From the NCBI GenBank assembly GCA_002030045.1, contig LQBI01000002.1:136676-200675 (forward strand): 64,000 bases of DNA, given 5' to 3'. The notes under the pieces were generated by a model, which was not told where the DNA came from, searched no databases, and saw nothing but the letters and a program-made list of their open reading frames with translations. Positions 1 through 10,882 of this stretch are shown here, in pieces. A program made the position numbers and the translations under genes. The DNA comes from Candidatus Aegiribacteria sp. MLS_C. Its GTDB lineage: Bacteria; Fermentibacterota; Fermentibacteria; Fermentibacterales; JCC-6. Within the stretch, counting starts at the first letter, position 1, and each line of letters begins with the position of its first letter.

Positions 1-1148
1 AACTCCTGGAGAAGAAGACGGAAAGCAACGGCCTGGAATTTTCAACGGGCGTGCTGGAAGTTCTTGCGGAAGGCTACGGCTTCCTCCGTTCCAACGAGGG
101 CAGCTACCTTCCCAGTTCCGAGGATATCTATGTGTCCCCCTCTCAGATAAAGAGGTTCGGACTGAATACGGGTGATACGGTCTCCGGACAGGTCCGCAGG
201 CCCAAGAACGGAGAGAAGTACTTTGCTCTCCTGAGGATCGAGAGCGTCAACGGCAGAAGCCTGGACGATCTCAGGGACAGGCCCTCCTTCGACAATCTGA
301 CTCCGTTCTATCCGGAGGAGAGGTTCATCCTCGAGACGGTCCCCGAGAACATGTCGGGGAGGATACTGGACCTGCTGGTCCCCCTCGGCAAGGGACAGAG
401 GGCTCTCATAGTCTCCCCTCCGCGGGCCGGCAAGACCATGCTCCTTCAGAATATCGCCAACAGCATATCGGCCAACCATCCGGATACAAAGCTCCTCATC
501 CTCCTGATAGACGAAAGGCCCGAAGAGGTCACGGACATGAGGAGGAACGTGAAGGGAGAGGTCATTGCCTCCACTTTCGACGAGGCCCCCAAGCGCCACA
601 TACAGATCGCGGACATAGTTCTCGAAAAGGCGAAGCGCCTTGTGGAGAGCGGGTACGACGTTGTGATTCTCCTTGATTCCATAACCAGGCTGGCAAGGGC
701 CAACAACCAGGTCATGCCGCACTCTGGCAAGATCCTCTCGGGAGGTGTTGACTCGAACGCCCTTCAGAAGCCCAAGAGATTCTTCGGAGCCGCCAGGAAC
801 ATAGTGGACGGAGGAAGCCTCACCATAGTGGGCACCGCCCTGGTGGATACCGGAAGCAGGATGGACGAGGTTATATTCGAGGAGTTCAAGGGCACGGGCA
901 ACTCTGAGATAGTGCTTGATCGGCGTCTGGCGGACAGAAGGCTCTTTCCCGCCATAGACATCACCAAGTCGGGCACCCGCAAGGAGGAACTCCTGCTGGA
1001 CGAGGAGAGCCTGAGCAGGATCTGGATAATGAGGAAGATCCTGGTGGACATGAATCCTGTGGAAGCCATGGAGGTCCTCAAGAAGCAGCTTTCCAAGCAC
1101 AAGTCGAACAAGAGGTTCCTGGATTCGATGAGCACCATGTCGGAGTAA
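1..1148 (+). CDS. rho: Transcription termination factor Rho, 5' end truncated by the window edge (frame is open from base 3: [29 protein letters not shown]...)
   Basis: OB-fold RNA-binding region plus RecA-like ATPase motifs (PRAGKT Walker [11 protein letters not shown], hexamer region); the reading frame continues upstream to the window start. Confidence 0.9.
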   Translation, partial: LLEKKTESNGLEFSTGVLEVLAEGYGFLRSNEGSYLPSSEDIYVSPSQIKRFGLNTGDTVSGQVRRPKNGEKYFALLRIESVNGRSLDDLRDRPSFDNLTPFYPEERFILETVPENMSGRILDLLVPLGKGQRALIVSPPRAGKTMLLQNIANSISANHPDTKLLILLIDERPEEVTDMRRNVKGEVIASTFDEAPKRHIQIADIVLEKAKRLVESGYDVVILLDSITRLARANNQVMPHSGKILSGGVDSNALQKPKRFFGAARNIVDGGSLTIVGTALVDTGSRMDEVIFEEFKGTGNSEIVLDRRLADRRLFPAIDITKSGTRKEELLLDEESLSRIWIMRKILVDMNPVEAMEVLKKQLSKHKSNKRFLDSMSTMSE

Positions 1149-1178
1149 GCCGGCATTGTTTGCCGGCAGTTTCCGTCT
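1149..1178 (+). terminator. Hairpin gccggca-ttgtt-tgccggc followed by a T-rich tract, downstream of rho
   Basis: Perfect 7-bp stem at 1149-1167 followed by agtttccgtct. Confidence 0.35.
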
Positions 1179-1200
1179 GATCAATATGGAGGATAGAGAA

Positions 1201-1419
1201 TTGAAGAAGGACATCCACCCCGAATACACCGAGGTAACGTTCACCTGTACCTGCGGAAACAAGATCAAGACCCGTTCCACCGGCGGCGACAAAAGGTTCG
1301 ACGTCTGTTCCAGCTGTCACCCCTTCTACACGGGGAAGCAGAAACTCGTTGATTCCGCTGGCAGGGTGGACAAGTACATCAAGAGGTACGGCAGGAGCCA
1401 GGAGAGCGGCGAAGAGTAG
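1201..1419 (+). CDS. rpmE: 50S ribosomal protein L31
   Basis: A TTG start with GGAGGA 9 nt upstream gives the canonical [10 protein letters not shown]-terminus. C-x-C...C-x-x-H zinc motif (CTCGNK...[10 protein letters not shown]). An alternative ATG lies at 1186. Confidence 0.85.
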   Translation: MKKDIHPEYTEVTFTCTCGNKIKTRSTGGDKRFDVCSSCHPFYTGKQKLVDSAGRVDKYIKRYGRSQESGEE

Positions 1420-1441
1420 TCGCTGCAATCCGATCGCGGCG

Positions 1442-1470
1442 GGGGGAGCGTTTACGCTCCCCCTACTTTA
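1442..1470 (+). terminator. GC-rich hairpin gggggagcg-ttta-cgctccccc then tacttta
   Basis: 9-bp perfect stem directly after the rpmE stop codon. Confidence 0.4.
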
Positions 1471-1496
1471 TGGTACCGAATGACTGGAGATGAAAA

Positions 1497-2519
1497 ATGT
1501 CTTGCTCCGATGACACGGGAAAGACCTGTCCGGATGAGGCCAAGACCGGTGGACAGGCGGTTATAGAAGGGGTGATGATGCGTTCACCCGTACAGACCGC
1601 CGTGGCCGTACGCACACCCGATGGCAGGATACTGGCGAGGAAACTCCGAATGTCACAGCTCACCGAAATGGGCGGGATCTGGAAACAACCTGTATTCCGT
1701 GGGGCGGCTACCCTGATCGATACCATCAGGCTAGGCATGAAGGCCCTGAACTGGTCGGCCGGTATCGCCGAGGATAGCGGGGATGAGAACGGATCGGACA
1801 CTTCCGGAAAAAAAGGGAAAGGCAACTCCTCCGGCTTACTGTCGACCGTAACGGCCTTCGCACTTGCGATCCTTCTTTTCGCCTGGCTGCCCCTGCAGGC
1901 TGCAAAGTGGATACTGGACTCATCCGCCTCCGCCGAGGCCGGAAGGCAGTTCACCATACACCTTCTGGCCGGGGGATTCAGAATAGCCGCTTTCCTGCTC
2001 TACCTGGGAGGGATATCTCTGATGCCTGACGTGCGGAGACTGTTCACCTACCACGGTGCGGAACATCAGACCATACATGCCTGGGAGAAAGGACTGGAAC
2101 CCCTGCCAGAGAGGGCGGTGGAGCAGAGCCCCCTGCACCAGAGGTGCGGTACGAGCTTCCTTCTTCTGGTAATGCTGGGTACCATCATCTTCTACGGGAT
2201 CTTCGATTCTCTCGTGGTTCTCGTTACCGGTTCCGACCCGAGCGCCCTGGTGAGAATAATCTACCACCTGCCACTGATACCTTTCGTGATGGGTATCAGC
2301 TACGAGTTCCTGAAACTGGCCGACAGGCACCTGGAAACATCCCCTGTCGCCCGTGCTGTTACCGCGCCTGGCCTGTTACTGCAGAAGATGACCACGAGGA
2401 AGGCGGGACTCCCGGAGGTGGAGGTCGCAATCGCCTCCCTCAAGGTTTCCCTGGGCAGGGATCCCGGGCCGGGAGTGGTGCTGGAGGAATGCCCGGAGAA
2501 CGGGGGTGACCGTGCTTGA
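1497..2519 (+). CDS. DUF1385-domain protein (YqhQ-like membrane protein commonly adjacent to prfA/prmC)
   Basis: N-terminal [14 protein letters not shown] motif, several TM helices, and conserved synteny with rpmE-prfA-prmC. GGAGA Shine-Dalgarno 7 nt upstream. Confidence 0.7.
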   Translation: MSCSDDTGKTCPDEAKTGGQAVIEGVMMRSPVQTAVAVRTPDGRILARKLRMSQLTEMGGIWKQPVFRGAATLIDTIRLGMKALNWSAGIAEDSGDENGSDTSGKKGKGNSSGLLSTVTAFALAILLFAWLPLQAAKWILDSSASAEAGRQFTIHLLAGGFRIAAFLLYLGGISLMPDVRRLFTYHGAEHQTIHAWEKGLEPLPERAVEQSPLHQRCGTSFLLLVMLGTIIFYGIFDSLVVLVTGSDPSALVRIIYHLPLIPFVMGISYEFLKLADRHLETSPVARAVTAPGLLLQKMTTRKAGLPEVEVAIASLKVSLGRDPGPGVVLEECPENGGDRA

Positions 2520-3601
2520 ACCTTAGGAAGGACGACCTGAGGACGATGAAGCAGAGGGTAGAGGACATCGACCGCGAACTCTGCTCGCCCGAAACCCTCA
2601 AGAATCCATCGCTGATAAGGTCGCTCACGGAGGAGAGGGCTTCACTGTCAAGAATACTGGGAGCGGTGGAGGAATTGCGGGAGACGGAGGCGTCCCTGGA
2701 GGAGATGCGCATGTTCCAGGACGACGAGGACCGGGAGCTGGCCGAGATGGCCGCTCAGGAGGTCCCCCAGCTCGAGGGCAGGATGGAGGCGCTGGAACAC
2801 AGGCTGAAGATGCTGCTCATCCCTTCTGACCCCAATGACCGCAGGGACGTCATTGTGGAGATTCGGTCAGGCACCGGCGGGGAGGAGGCCGCCCTGTTCG
2901 CTGCGGACGTATACAGGATGTACACGGGCTATGCCCAGAAGAAGGAATGGCGCCTCGAGGTCTTCAGCAGCAGTGAATCGGAGAGGGGGGGCTTCAAGGA
3001 GGTCACGTTCGCCCTCAGGGGAGAAGGCGTTTACAGCAGGATGAAATTCGAGGCCGGTGTGCACAGGGTGCAGCGCGTTCCCGAGACCGAGACCTCGGGC
3101 CGGATACACACTTCGGCGTGTACCGTGGCCATACTGCCGGAGGCGGAGGAGGTTGAGGTGGACATCAGCCCGGATGATCTCAGGGTGGATGTCTTCCGTT
3201 CCTCCGGCCCCGGAGGACAGAGCGTGAACACTACTGACTCCGCGGTCAGGATAACCCACATTCCGACGGGCCTGGTGGTTTCATGCCAGGACGAGAAGAG
3301 CCAGCACAAGAACAGGGCCAAGGCCATGAGCGTTCTGAGGTCAAGACTGCTTGCCATAGCCCAGGAGGAGGAGCAGGCGAAGAGGGCTGAGGTCAGGAAG
3401 AGCATGGTGGGATCCGGAGACCGCAGCGCGAAGATAAGGACCTACAACTTTCCGCAGGGCAGGGTGACCGACCATCGCATCCACCTCACCCTCCACTCCC
3501 TCAGGGATATCCTGGGCGGCGACCTGGACCAGGTGATCGATCCCCTCATAGAAGCAGAACAGGAAAGGCTGCTGGCGGAGGTCTCCTCGGCCGGCGAGTG
3601 A
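2516..3601 (+). CDS. prfA: Peptide chain release factor 1
   Basis: GGQ motif ([24 protein letters not shown]) and PxT-type recognition region. TTG start overlaps the upstream stop by 4 nt. Length matches E. coli RF1. Confidence 0.9.
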   Translation: MNLRKDDLRTMKQRVEDIDRELCSPETLKNPSLIRSLTEERASLSRILGAVEELRETEASLEEMRMFQDDEDRELAEMAAQEVPQLEGRMEALEHRLKMLLIPSDPNDRRDVIVEIRSGTGGEEAALFAADVYRMYTGYAQKKEWRLEVFSSSESERGGFKEVTFALRGEGVYSRMKFEAGVHRVQRVPETETSGRIHTSACTVAILPEAEEVEVDISPDDLRVDVFRSSGPGGQSVNTTDSAVRITHIPTGLVVSCQDEKSQHKNRAKAMSVLRSRLLAIAQEEEQAKRAEVRKSMVGSGDRSAKIRTYNFPQGRVTDHRIHLTLHSLRDILGGDLDQVIDPLIEAEQERLLAEVSSAGE

Positions 3602-4452
3602 CACGCTTGACCCTCCGGCAGGCCAGGAGGCAGGCGGCGGATACGCTTTCTGCACTGGAGGATCCGCTGCTGGAGGCGGAACTCATGCTAAGGCATGTTA
3701 CAGGCCTTCCCCGGCACCGGATGATACTGGAGCTTGACCGCAGGATGACTGCAGGTGAGGCGGAGGACTTCTTCTACCTGGTAGGACGAAGGGCGGAGAG
3801 GGAGCCGCTGCAGCACCTGACCGGCACGGTGGACTTCATGGGCCGGGAGTTCAGGTCCGGCCCGGAAGCCCTGGTCCCCAGACCTGAAACCGAGATTCTC
3901 ACCGGTATCTTCATGGGCCAGCTGAACGAACCGAAGCTTCTGGCGGACGTGGGGACCGGATCCGGCGTGATGGCCGTCACACTTGCCCTGGAATACCCGA
4001 ACGCAACCGTCATAGGTACCGATGCAAGCCGGGAGGCCCTGGAACTGGCCCGTACCAACAGGGACATCCACGGAACGAAGAACCTCCTGCTGGTGTGTGG
4101 CGACCTTCTTCGGCATTTCGCAGATGGTCCATGTCTGGATGGAATAGTGGCCAACCTGCCGTATCTGCCCTCCTCCTGCATAGAAACCCTTCAGCCCGAG
4201 GTGCGCGACTGGGACCCCGGGATGGCGCTGGACGGTGGCCCGGACGGGCTGGACCTGGTAAGAAGCCTGCTGAAACAGGCTCCCCGTATCATGAGGGAAG
4301 GAGGGATCCTCGCCCTCGAGCTGGACCCGTCACAGGTGACAGTCGTAAGCACGCTGATTGAAGCATCGTGCATTGGCTCCGCGAAGGTACACCGCGACCT
4401 CACCGGCTCCCCCCGCTTCATCACAACCATAAAGGGGACGGAGGAAATTTAA
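3598..4452 (+). CDS. prmC: Release factor glutamine N5-methyltransferase PrmC/HemK
   Basis: NPPY-type motif (IVANLPYLP), SAM-binding GTGSG, and a 4-nt overlap with prfA. Confidence 0.85.
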   Translation: MTRLTLRQARRQAADTLSALEDPLLEAELMLRHVTGLPRHRMILELDRRMTAGEAEDFFYLVGRRAEREPLQHLTGTVDFMGREFRSGPEALVPRPETEILTGIFMGQLNEPKLLADVGTGSGVMAVTLALEYPNATVIGTDASREALELARTNRDIHGTKNLLLVCGDLLRHFADGPCLDGIVANLPYLPSSCIETLQPEVRDWDPGMALDGGPDGLDLVRSLLKQAPRIMREGGILALELDPSQVTVVSTLIEASCIGSAKVHRDLTGSPRFITTIKGTEEI

Positions 4453-4666
4453 TCAGTTGGGGTGAATAATCAGTATATAGTTGTGAATTGCATTGAATAA
4501 AACCAAAGCGTCATTTAAGAATATTGAAGCAGTATTTACGAAATATCCAAATTATTCACAAATTCAGAATAAATTTCCTCCGTCCCCTTTGGCATGCACT
4601 GGCTGTGGTAAGGGGGATGGTTCATATTACTCGTCCCGAATGAAATAACCCGCTTCGAGGAGCGCG
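4453..4666. promoter_or_regulatory. AT-rich (~30% GC) intergenic island upstream of ispG, carrying repeated tgaat/attcaca words
   Basis: Sharp compositional drop relative to the ~60% GC flanks. TTGAAT and TAGAAT-like hexamers are present. GAGGAG Shine-Dalgarno before the ispG ATG at 4667. Confidence 0.3.
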
Positions 4667-5761
4667 ATGCCGGCTGTCAGAGGAGAGAGGAAAAGAACGA
4701 GGAAGGTCTTCGCCGGAAACCTTGCCATCGGCGGGGATGCCCCTGTTTCGGTCCAGTCCATGACCAATGTCCCCACTTCCGACATCGAGGCGGTCCTCGA
4801 ACAGATAGCCGTGCTCGTAAGGAACGGGGCGGAGATGGTGCGAGTTGCCGTTCCGGACAGGGAATCCGCCGTCTCAATTGCGGACATAGTCCGGGAGTCG
4901 CCGGTACCCGTTGTCTCCGACGTGCATTTCGACCCGGAGCTGGCCCTGCTCGCGCTGGAATCAGGTACACACAAGCTCAGGCTCAACCCGGGGAACATAC
5001 GCCTCAACAGGGATGTGCACCGTATAGCCGAAAAGGCCGGAAGCCTCGGTGTGCCAATAAGGATCGGGGTGAACTCCGGGAGCGTGCCGGGGGACCTCAG
5101 GGAAAGGTACGGCGGAGTGAACGGCGATTCCATGTGGGCGGCGGCCGAGAGGCACATCGCCCTGCTGACCGAGACGGGTTTCCGGGATATAGTGCTGTCC
5201 CTCAAGGCCAGTTCCCCCATGCTGACGGTGGAGGCAAACCGGAAAGCCGCAGCTGAATGTGATATACCGCTCCATCTCGGGGTCACCGAAGCCGGACCTC
5301 CATTCACAGGCGGCATAAGGAGTGCTGTGGCACTCTCCATCCTCCTGGCGGAAGGCATAGGTGACACCATAAGGGTTTCACTCTCGGGGCCGCCGGATCC
5401 CGAACCCGCGGCGGGATGGGAGATCCTGTCATCCCTCGGGATCCGGAGCAGGTTCCCGAGGATCGTCAGCTGTCCCACTTGCGCCAGGGCCAGGATGGAC
5501 GTGGCAGCGGTGGCAGTAAGGATCCAGGAGTTCCTTGCGGGAATACCCGGAGACCTTACCGTCGCCGTGATGGGCTGTGAGGTGAACGGACCGGGGGAGG
5601 CCCGGGAGGCCGACATAGCGCTCATAGGTACACCGGCCGGAATGAAGCTCTTCGTTGACGGAAGACTTGAGGGAGAGGTCCCAGATGAGGACCTTCCCGG
5701 ATTCCTCGTCCGTACCGTGGAGTCCTATATTAGAGGAACGTACAGACACCGGGAGGACTGA
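4667..5761 (+). CDS. ispG: 4-hydroxy-3-methylbut-2-enyl diphosphate synthase (MEP pathway)
   Basis: N-terminal VFAGNLAIGGDAPVSVQSMTN TIM-barrel region and C-terminal CPTCAR/GCEVNGPGE Fe-S motifs. Confidence 0.9.
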   Translation: MPAVRGERKRTRKVFAGNLAIGGDAPVSVQSMTNVPTSDIEAVLEQIAVLVRNGAEMVRVAVPDRESAVSIADIVRESPVPVVSDVHFDPELALLALESGTHKLRLNPGNIRLNRDVHRIAEKAGSLGVPIRIGVNSGSVPGDLRERYGGVNGDSMWAAAERHIALLTETGFRDIVLSLKASSPMLTVEANRKAAAECDIPLHLGVTEAGPPFTGGIRSAVALSILLAEGIGDTIRVSLSGPPDPEPAAGWEILSSLGIRSRFPRIVSCPTCARARMDVAAVAVRIQEFLAGIPGDLTVAVMGCEVNGPGEAREADIALIGTPAGMKLFVDGRLEGEVPDEDLPGFLVRTVESYIRGTYRHRED

Positions 5762-5777
5762 TTTGGCTTCTAACAGG

Positions 5778-7190
5778 ATGATGAAGATACAGCTGGAGAA
5801 GATAGCCGAGGATAAATTCGAGGAACTGGACATCAGGTTCACCGACGTGAAAGGACACTGGCGCCACGTCACGGTTCCCGCTTCGATGGTGGACGAGGAG
5901 TTCTTCATCCGCGGAGTGGGCTTCGACGGTTCCACGCTGGCGGCTATGACCAGGACCGAAGCCGGCGACCTTATTCTGAGACCCGATCCCATGAGGGTGT
6001 TCGAGGACCCTTTTGCTGAACGTAAAACCCTGGTGATATTTGCCGACATCGTCGATCCGATCTCCGGCGAACCATTCGAGAAGGACCCCCGCGGGATCGC
6101 CCGAAAGGCCATGGAATACCTCAGGGAATCGGGCAGGGCCACCGACAGCTTCTGGGCTCCGGAGTTCGAGTTCTACGTGTTCGACGAGGCCTGCTTCTGG
6201 TCGGAGAAGAGCGGACAGGGTTACCGGCTCGGCAGCATAGAGGACCCCCAGCACTCCAAGCAGATGGAATCAAAGGGACTGGTGCATTCCTGCGATTCCG
6301 GCTACCACATAATGTACCCGGTGGACAGTCTCCATGACGTGCGTTCCGAGATAGTCAGGCTAATGCAGAAGGCGGGCATACAGATCAAGTATCACCATCA
6401 CGAGGTCGGAAGGATGGGCCAGAGCGAGATCGAAGTTACCTTCTCCCCCTTCCTGAGCGCCGCGGACAATATCATGCTAACCAAGCACATCGTACGGAAC
6501 GTGGCCCTCAGGTATGATCTGTCCGCCACTTTCATGCCCAAGCCCATCGAGGGAGAGCCGGGATCCGGGATGCATTTCCACCTCTTCATGACCGACAACC
6601 AGCGACGGGTCTTTCATGACAGCGAGGGTTACTGCAGCCTAAGCCCCCTGGCGTTGTCGGCCATAGCCGGAATACTGCACCATGCACCTGCGGTATGCGC
6701 CTTCAGCAACTCCTCTGTCAACAGCTACCACCGCCTGGTGCCCGGACAGGAGGCCCCGGTGTACCGGTTCTTCTCGGGGCCCAACAGGAGCGCTGCGATC
6801 CGTGTCCCCTCCTATGCCAGGTCCCCGGAGTCCCTGAGGTTCGAGTACAGGGTCCCCGACGGGTGCGGGAACCCCTACCTGTCCATGAGCGCCATACTGA
6901 TGGCGGCGGTGGACGGCATGGTGAACGAGATGGATCCATCTGAGATGGGTTACGGTCCACTGGATGACAACGTTTTCGCCGAGGGATACGACACCACAGC
7001 TTTGAAGATGCTCCCCACCAGTCTGGATACGGCACTGGATGACCTGGAGAAGGACCGGGAGTTCCTGGAGGCGGGAGGGGTCTTCTCCCCGGTGATGATC
7101 GATGACTACATAAGGATGAAGAGGAACGAGGTCGCTATGTTCAGCGGAAGTCCACACCCGAGGGAGCATTCCCTCTATTTCGGCCTGTAG
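5778..7190 (+). CDS. glnA: Glutamine synthetase, type I
   Basis: Beta-grasp N-domain plus catalytic domain motifs (KPIEGEPGSGMHFHLF, NSYHRLVPGQEAP, RFEYRVPDGCGNPYL). The ATG at 5778 (MMKIQLEK) avoids overlapping ispG. Confidence 0.85.
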   Translation: MMKIQLEKIAEDKFEELDIRFTDVKGHWRHVTVPASMVDEEFFIRGVGFDGSTLAAMTRTEAGDLILRPDPMRVFEDPFAERKTLVIFADIVDPISGEPFEKDPRGIARKAMEYLRESGRATDSFWAPEFEFYVFDEACFWSEKSGQGYRLGSIEDPQHSKQMESKGLVHSCDSGYHIMYPVDSLHDVRSEIVRLMQKAGIQIKYHHHEVGRMGQSEIEVTFSPFLSAADNIMLTKHIVRNVALRYDLSATFMPKPIEGEPGSGMHFHLFMTDNQRRVFHDSEGYCSLSPLALSAIAGILHHAPAVCAFSNSSVNSYHRLVPGQEAPVYRFFSGPNRSAAIRVPSYARSPESLRFEYRVPDGCGNPYLSMSAILMAAVDGMVNEMDPSEMGYGPLDDNVFAEGYDTTALKMLPTSLDTALDDLEKDREFLEAGGVFSPVMIDDYIRMKRNEVAMFSGSPHPREHSLYFGL

Positions 7191-7205
7191 AAAAGGGGTA
7201 ATTGA

Positions 7206-8438
7206 ATGAGCAAGGGGATTGTAACACTGCTGCTGGGCGTCCTTCTGGCGGTGGCGGGGTGCGGCGGCGAGGAGCCGGCTGAGAACGGTTCGGAAGCTTC
7301 CGTTGAGGGGGAAAACACCCCGGCGGCAGAGGACGAGGGGTATGCGCTTCCGGAAGCCGACGTATACCTGTACGTAGCGGACTCCATCGGTGTCGAGCTG
7401 GGCGACAGCAACTACGTCTTGGGGCAGATAGCCGGGGTCGGTCTTACGCACGAGGGAGGACTGGCGGTTCTGGACATGCAGAAGACCAGCATCAGCATCT
7501 ACTCCCCGACCGGTGAGTTCCAGCGCAGCATAGGCAGGCAGGGCAGCGGTCCCGGGGAATTTCTGCTCCCCGTGGGAATGACCTTCTTCCCCGCCGAGGA
7601 AGGCTCCGATCTGCCGGATTCCCTTCGGCCGGGTGCCGTCGTATGTGATGCCATGGGAGGTAAACTCGTCTACTTCGACATAAACCTTGATTATATGATG
7701 GACGTGCAGGGTTTCTTCCCCTCCCCGCCAGCAGTGCTTGCGGGTATCGAAGGCGGCGATGTGGTCGGAATGAAGCCGGAGTTCGTGCAGGACGAGACGG
7801 GAATGTACATGGGGTTCACGATAGCCCGCTGGCCCCTGGGTGAACCGGAGCCCTCAGTGATCTACTTCGAGAGCATGTCCCCCTTTGATCCCTCTGACCT
7901 GAGCACCATGCAGGACGATATAGTTTCCTTCGGTTCGAACGATGATGGAATGGTCCTTACGGCCCCGCTATCCACCGACTCCTACGAGTTCACTCTCTGG
8001 GACCCTGAAGGCAACCTGGTGTTCACCTTCGCCGACGAGGACTACGAAAAAGTGCCCAAGACCGCTTCGGAGATCGAACTGGAGCGCGAGATGGTCAATG
8101 CGCGCATGGTCCAGCAGGGAATGCCCGCATCCATGGCAAACTGGGAGCCCGATCCATACAGGCCGGCTGTGGGAGGCCTCTCGTTCGACGGAATGAACCG
8201 CATATGGGTCACGAGGGGGACAACCCGGACACCTTCCTTCGACGTCTACGACACGGAGGGCAACCACCTGTTCACCGCAGCTGTCGATGCAGGGGAGGAT
8301 GCCATGACCTGGCAGGTCGTCATCAGCGGCGACAGGTTCATAGCCTTCGATGCCGACCCGGAATTCTATCCCCAGGTATTCATAGGGGACCTTCCGGACT
8401 TCGTCGGACCCGCAGAACCCGAGGAAACGGGGATCTGA
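7206..8438 (+). CDS. Hypothetical lipoprotein (signal peptide with LAVAGCGG lipobox)
   Basis: Lipobox and an acidic low-complexity linker. GSGPGEF-type motif suggests NHL/beta-propeller repeats. Confidence 0.5.
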   Translation: MSKGIVTLLLGVLLAVAGCGGEEPAENGSEASVEGENTPAAEDEGYALPEADVYLYVADSIGVELGDSNYVLGQIAGVGLTHEGGLAVLDMQKTSISIYSPTGEFQRSIGRQGSGPGEFLLPVGMTFFPAEEGSDLPDSLRPGAVVCDAMGGKLVYFDINLDYMMDVQGFFPSPPAVLAGIEGGDVVGMKPEFVQDETGMYMGFTIARWPLGEPEPSVIYFESMSPFDPSDLSTMQDDIVSFGSNDDGMVLTAPLSTDSYEFTLWDPEGNLVFTFADEDYEKVPKTASEIELEREMVNARMVQQGMPASMANWEPDPYRPAVGGLSFDGMNRIWVTRGTTRTPSFDVYDTEGNHLFTAAVDAGEDAMTWQVVISGDRFIAFDADPEFYPQVFIGDLPDFVGPAEPEETGI

Positions 8439-8439
8439 A

Positions 8440-9054
8440 TCAGTACGGGTGAAGGAACGCCCTTACCGGGGAACCGTCACTATTCTCTATCCTGAGAGGG
8501 AAGCAGAGCAGGACGTACTCCCCGAAACGGATCTCCTCGAGCCTGAGGTTCTCGAGTATGATGACTGAAGCCCCAAGGAGTATCCGGTGGGCTTCGACGG
8601 AACCGTTTCCGTCTATTGACATTGCGTCGGTGCCGGCCAGATAGGCTCCCCTGTTCACGGCCATCTGAGCGGTTTCTGCACTCAGATGGCCGTTGCGTCT
8701 TCCGGGAGTTCCAGAGCTGACAACGGACCTTATTAGGAGGGCCCTTCCCTCAAGGTCAAGCCCTGCGAGACGACCTGGATCCACTGCTCCATTCTCTGTA
8801 GCTTCCACAAGAACGGCCGGAAGCAGCAATCGCTGCACCGGGACCATGTCTACGGTGGTGGTATGCTCCAGCAGGTGGGCGGGAGCATCCATGTGAGAGC
8901 CGGAGTGACTGCTCATGACTATCCGCGAGGTCCTGAAGCCCTCCTCCTCCCGTACGGTCCTGCTGAAGGGCGTATCCCCGGGCCAGGCTGATGTCTTTTC
9001 CGAGAGAGGGGCGGATATGTCTATCAGAAGCGCCGGGTCTATGCTGAAGATCAT
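8440..9054 (-). CDS. Cyclase family protein (kynurenine formamidase-like)
   Basis: HxGxHxDAPxH motif (SHSGSHMDAPAH) and a WPGD motif. The ATG at 9054 directly abuts the nth stop. A longer ORF reaching 9285 is possible. Confidence 0.65.
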   Translation of the reverse strand: MIFSIDPALLIDISAPLSEKTSAWPGDTPFSRTVREEEGFRTSRIVMSSHSGSHMDAPAHLLEHTTTVDMVPVQRLLLPAVLVEATENGAVDPGRLAGLDLEGRALLIRSVVSSGTPGRRNGHLSAETAQMAVNRGAYLAGTDAMSIDGNGSVEAHRILLGASVIILENLRLEEIRFGEYVLLCFPLRIENSDGSPVRAFLHPY

Positions 9055-9698
9055 CCCTCGACTCCCCGCGATGAGTAGGGGCATTCGGACTCGAAGGGAC
9101 ATTCTCCGCAGAGAGGTCTCACCGGTCTGCAGATCCCCTGACCGAACCTGACCATGGTGTGGTTCAACCCGGTCCACAGCTCCTCGGGGAAGATCCCCAT
9201 GAGAGCCATCTCCGTTTCCTCCGGTGTGCCCGTGCGAACCAGGCCCAGCCTGTTGGATATCCTGTGGACATGGACATCCACGCATATCGAGGGGACCCCG
9301 AAGACCATGCCCATGACGAAATTCGCGGTCTTCCTGCCGACGCCGGGAAGACTGAGCAGGTCCTCCATGCTGTCGGGGACTCGTCCTCCGTGCTTCTGCA
9401 GTATCACGCCGGATATCTCCCTGAGCTGGCGCGCCTTCTGCCTGTAGAATCCGGCGGGCCTCAGCAGCTCCTGAAGCCTTTTTTCGTCCATGGATGCCAT
9501 TGTGGCGGGATCAGGGACCTCATCCAGCAGTTTCCTTGAAACAAGCCTGGTGACCGCATCCCTGGTCCTGAGGCTGATGATGGTGCCGACAAGAACCGGA
9601 AAGGCATCGGCGGAACACTCCATCGGGGCCGGGCGGCCGGTCTCGCCAAGGGCATCTCTCATCCTGTCAAGGACCTCGGCGGCCTTGAGATCCTTCAA
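9051..9698 (-). CDS. nth: Endonuclease III (DNA glycosylase/AP lyase)
   Basis: HhH-GPD motif (LLSLPGVGRKTANFVM) and C-terminal 4Cys Fe-S cluster loop (CRPVRPLCGECPFESEC). Confidence 0.85.
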   Translation of the reverse strand: MKDLKAAEVLDRMRDALGETGRPAPMECSADAFPVLVGTIISLRTRDAVTRLVSRKLLDEVPDPATMASMDEKRLQELLRPAGFYRQKARQLREISGVILQKHGGRVPDSMEDLLSLPGVGRKTANFVMGMVFGVPSICVDVHVHRISNRLGLVRTGTPEETEMALMGIFPEELWTGLNHTMVRFGQGICRPVRPLCGECPFESECPYSSRGVEG

Positions 9699-10882
9699 TC
9701 GTTGATCCTGATGAAATCCAGACCCGAGCAGTCCGAGGAATTCAGCCTCAGCGCCAGGCTGCCGTTGAGAAGTGAAATGAGTTCATTCCCGAGGGCTTCC
9801 TTCCTCCAGCCGGAGAGTTCCTCGATCGAGTTGAGTTCCTTCTCGGACTCGGGAGGGTCCTTCGCGAGAGCGTCAATAAGCTCCGGGGAAAGCAGCAGCT
9901 CGTGGGAGATGCCCAGTCTGCAGGATTCCTGTTTCAGGAAAATTCGGAGTATATCCTTCCGTGCCGAGACTCCGGGCCTGGTATTGTGCTTCGGTATCGG
10001 GGGGTAGTCCTCCGGGTCCTCCTGGGCCCGCCTGACTACTTCCAGTACCTGCTCACCCCACCTTGATATGAACCCTTCCGAGACATCCCTGAGCCTTGAC
10101 AGGCTGTTGAGGTTTCCCGGCGCCATCGAGGTTATCGCTCCCATCACATGGTCCCTGGCTACGAAGTTCCTGGGTCTGTTCAACTCACGAGCCGTCTCCT
10201 CGCGCCACTTCACCATTGCCCAGAGGACAGGCAGCCGGTTGCTCCTTATCTTCGACCTGGACCGTATCTTCCTGAAGCTCCTGTGTATTGAGTTCCCGTA
10301 AGTGGCCGGGTCCGTAAGGTACGCGGCCTCCTGGCGGTACCAGTCGAGCCGCCCCTTTTCGGTCAGTCTGCTCACCTGGTTCCTGTAGATCTCCAGAAGG
10401 TACCTTACGTCGTCAAGCGCGTACTCAACCTGGTCCTCTCCCAGCGGTCTAAGGGACCAGTCGCTGAGGGTCTGTCCCTTCTTGGGATATACACCGCACT
10501 CCGCCTTGACGAGGCTCGAGAGTGACGGCTGCCTGTCGAACCCCAGGAAGGCAGCCGCCAGCTGAGTGTCAAAGACCGAGACAAAACCGGCACCCAGTTG
10601 GTGCATAAGCACTTCGATGTCGTTCCTGGCGGAATGGATGACCTTCACCGTGGACTTCGATGCTACAAGATCCGCCAGAGGAGACAGGTCCTCCACCTCC
10701 AGCGGATCGATCGCCACCGGACCGTTCTTCCCTGCTATCTGGACCAGGTACAGGTCCGGCCAGTACCGTTTTTCCCCGTGGAACTCGGTGTCCAGCGCCA
10801 CGGCGTCCTCCTCCATGAGTCCGCTGACAAGGTCCCTGAGGTCCGATCTGGAGGTTATCATTGAAGGTGTCGTGACGATCAC
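9695..10882 (-). CDS. rnd: Ribonuclease D (3'-5' exonuclease with HRDC domain)
   Basis: DEDDy exonuclease motifs (ALDTEF, YALDDVRYL) and a C-terminal HRDC-like region. 4-nt overlap with nth. Confidence 0.8.
   Translation of the reverse strand: MIVTTPSMITSRSDLRDLVSGLMEEDAVALDTEFHGEKRYWPDLYLVQIAGKNGPVAIDPLEVEDLSPLADLVASKSTVKVIHSARNDIEVLMHQLGAGFVSVFDTQLAAAFLGFDRQPSLSSLVKAECGVYPKKGQTLSDWSLRPLGEDQVEYALDDVRYLLEIYRNQVSRLTEKGRLDWYRQEAAYLTDPATYGNSIHRSFRKIRSRSKIRSNRLPVLWAMVKWREETARELNRPRNFVARDHVMGAITSMAPGNLNSLSRLRDVSEGFISRWGEQVLEVVRRAQEDPEDYPPIPKHNTRPGVSARKDILRIFLKQESCRLGISHELLLSPELIDALAKDPPESEKELNSIEELSGWRKEALGNELISLLNGSLALRLNSSDCSGLDFIRIND

Noticed and set aside
42-1292. Long antisense ORFs such as 42-1292(-), 11727-13838(-, upstream part), 33423-34535(-), 42319-43902(+) and 19678-20466(-)
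   Set aside because: They lie opposite confidently identified genes (rho, the OmpA-like gene, maeA, the ABC exporter, MFS). Their translations are low-complexity Arg/Pro/Gly-rich, as is typical of the spurious open frames that arise in GC-rich DNA.
5655-5777. The longer glnA ORF starting at 5655, overlapping ispG by >100 nt
   Set aside because: The N-terminal 41 residues have no similarity to glutamine synthetase. The ATG at 5778 yields the conserved MMKIQLEK... start and removes the overlap.
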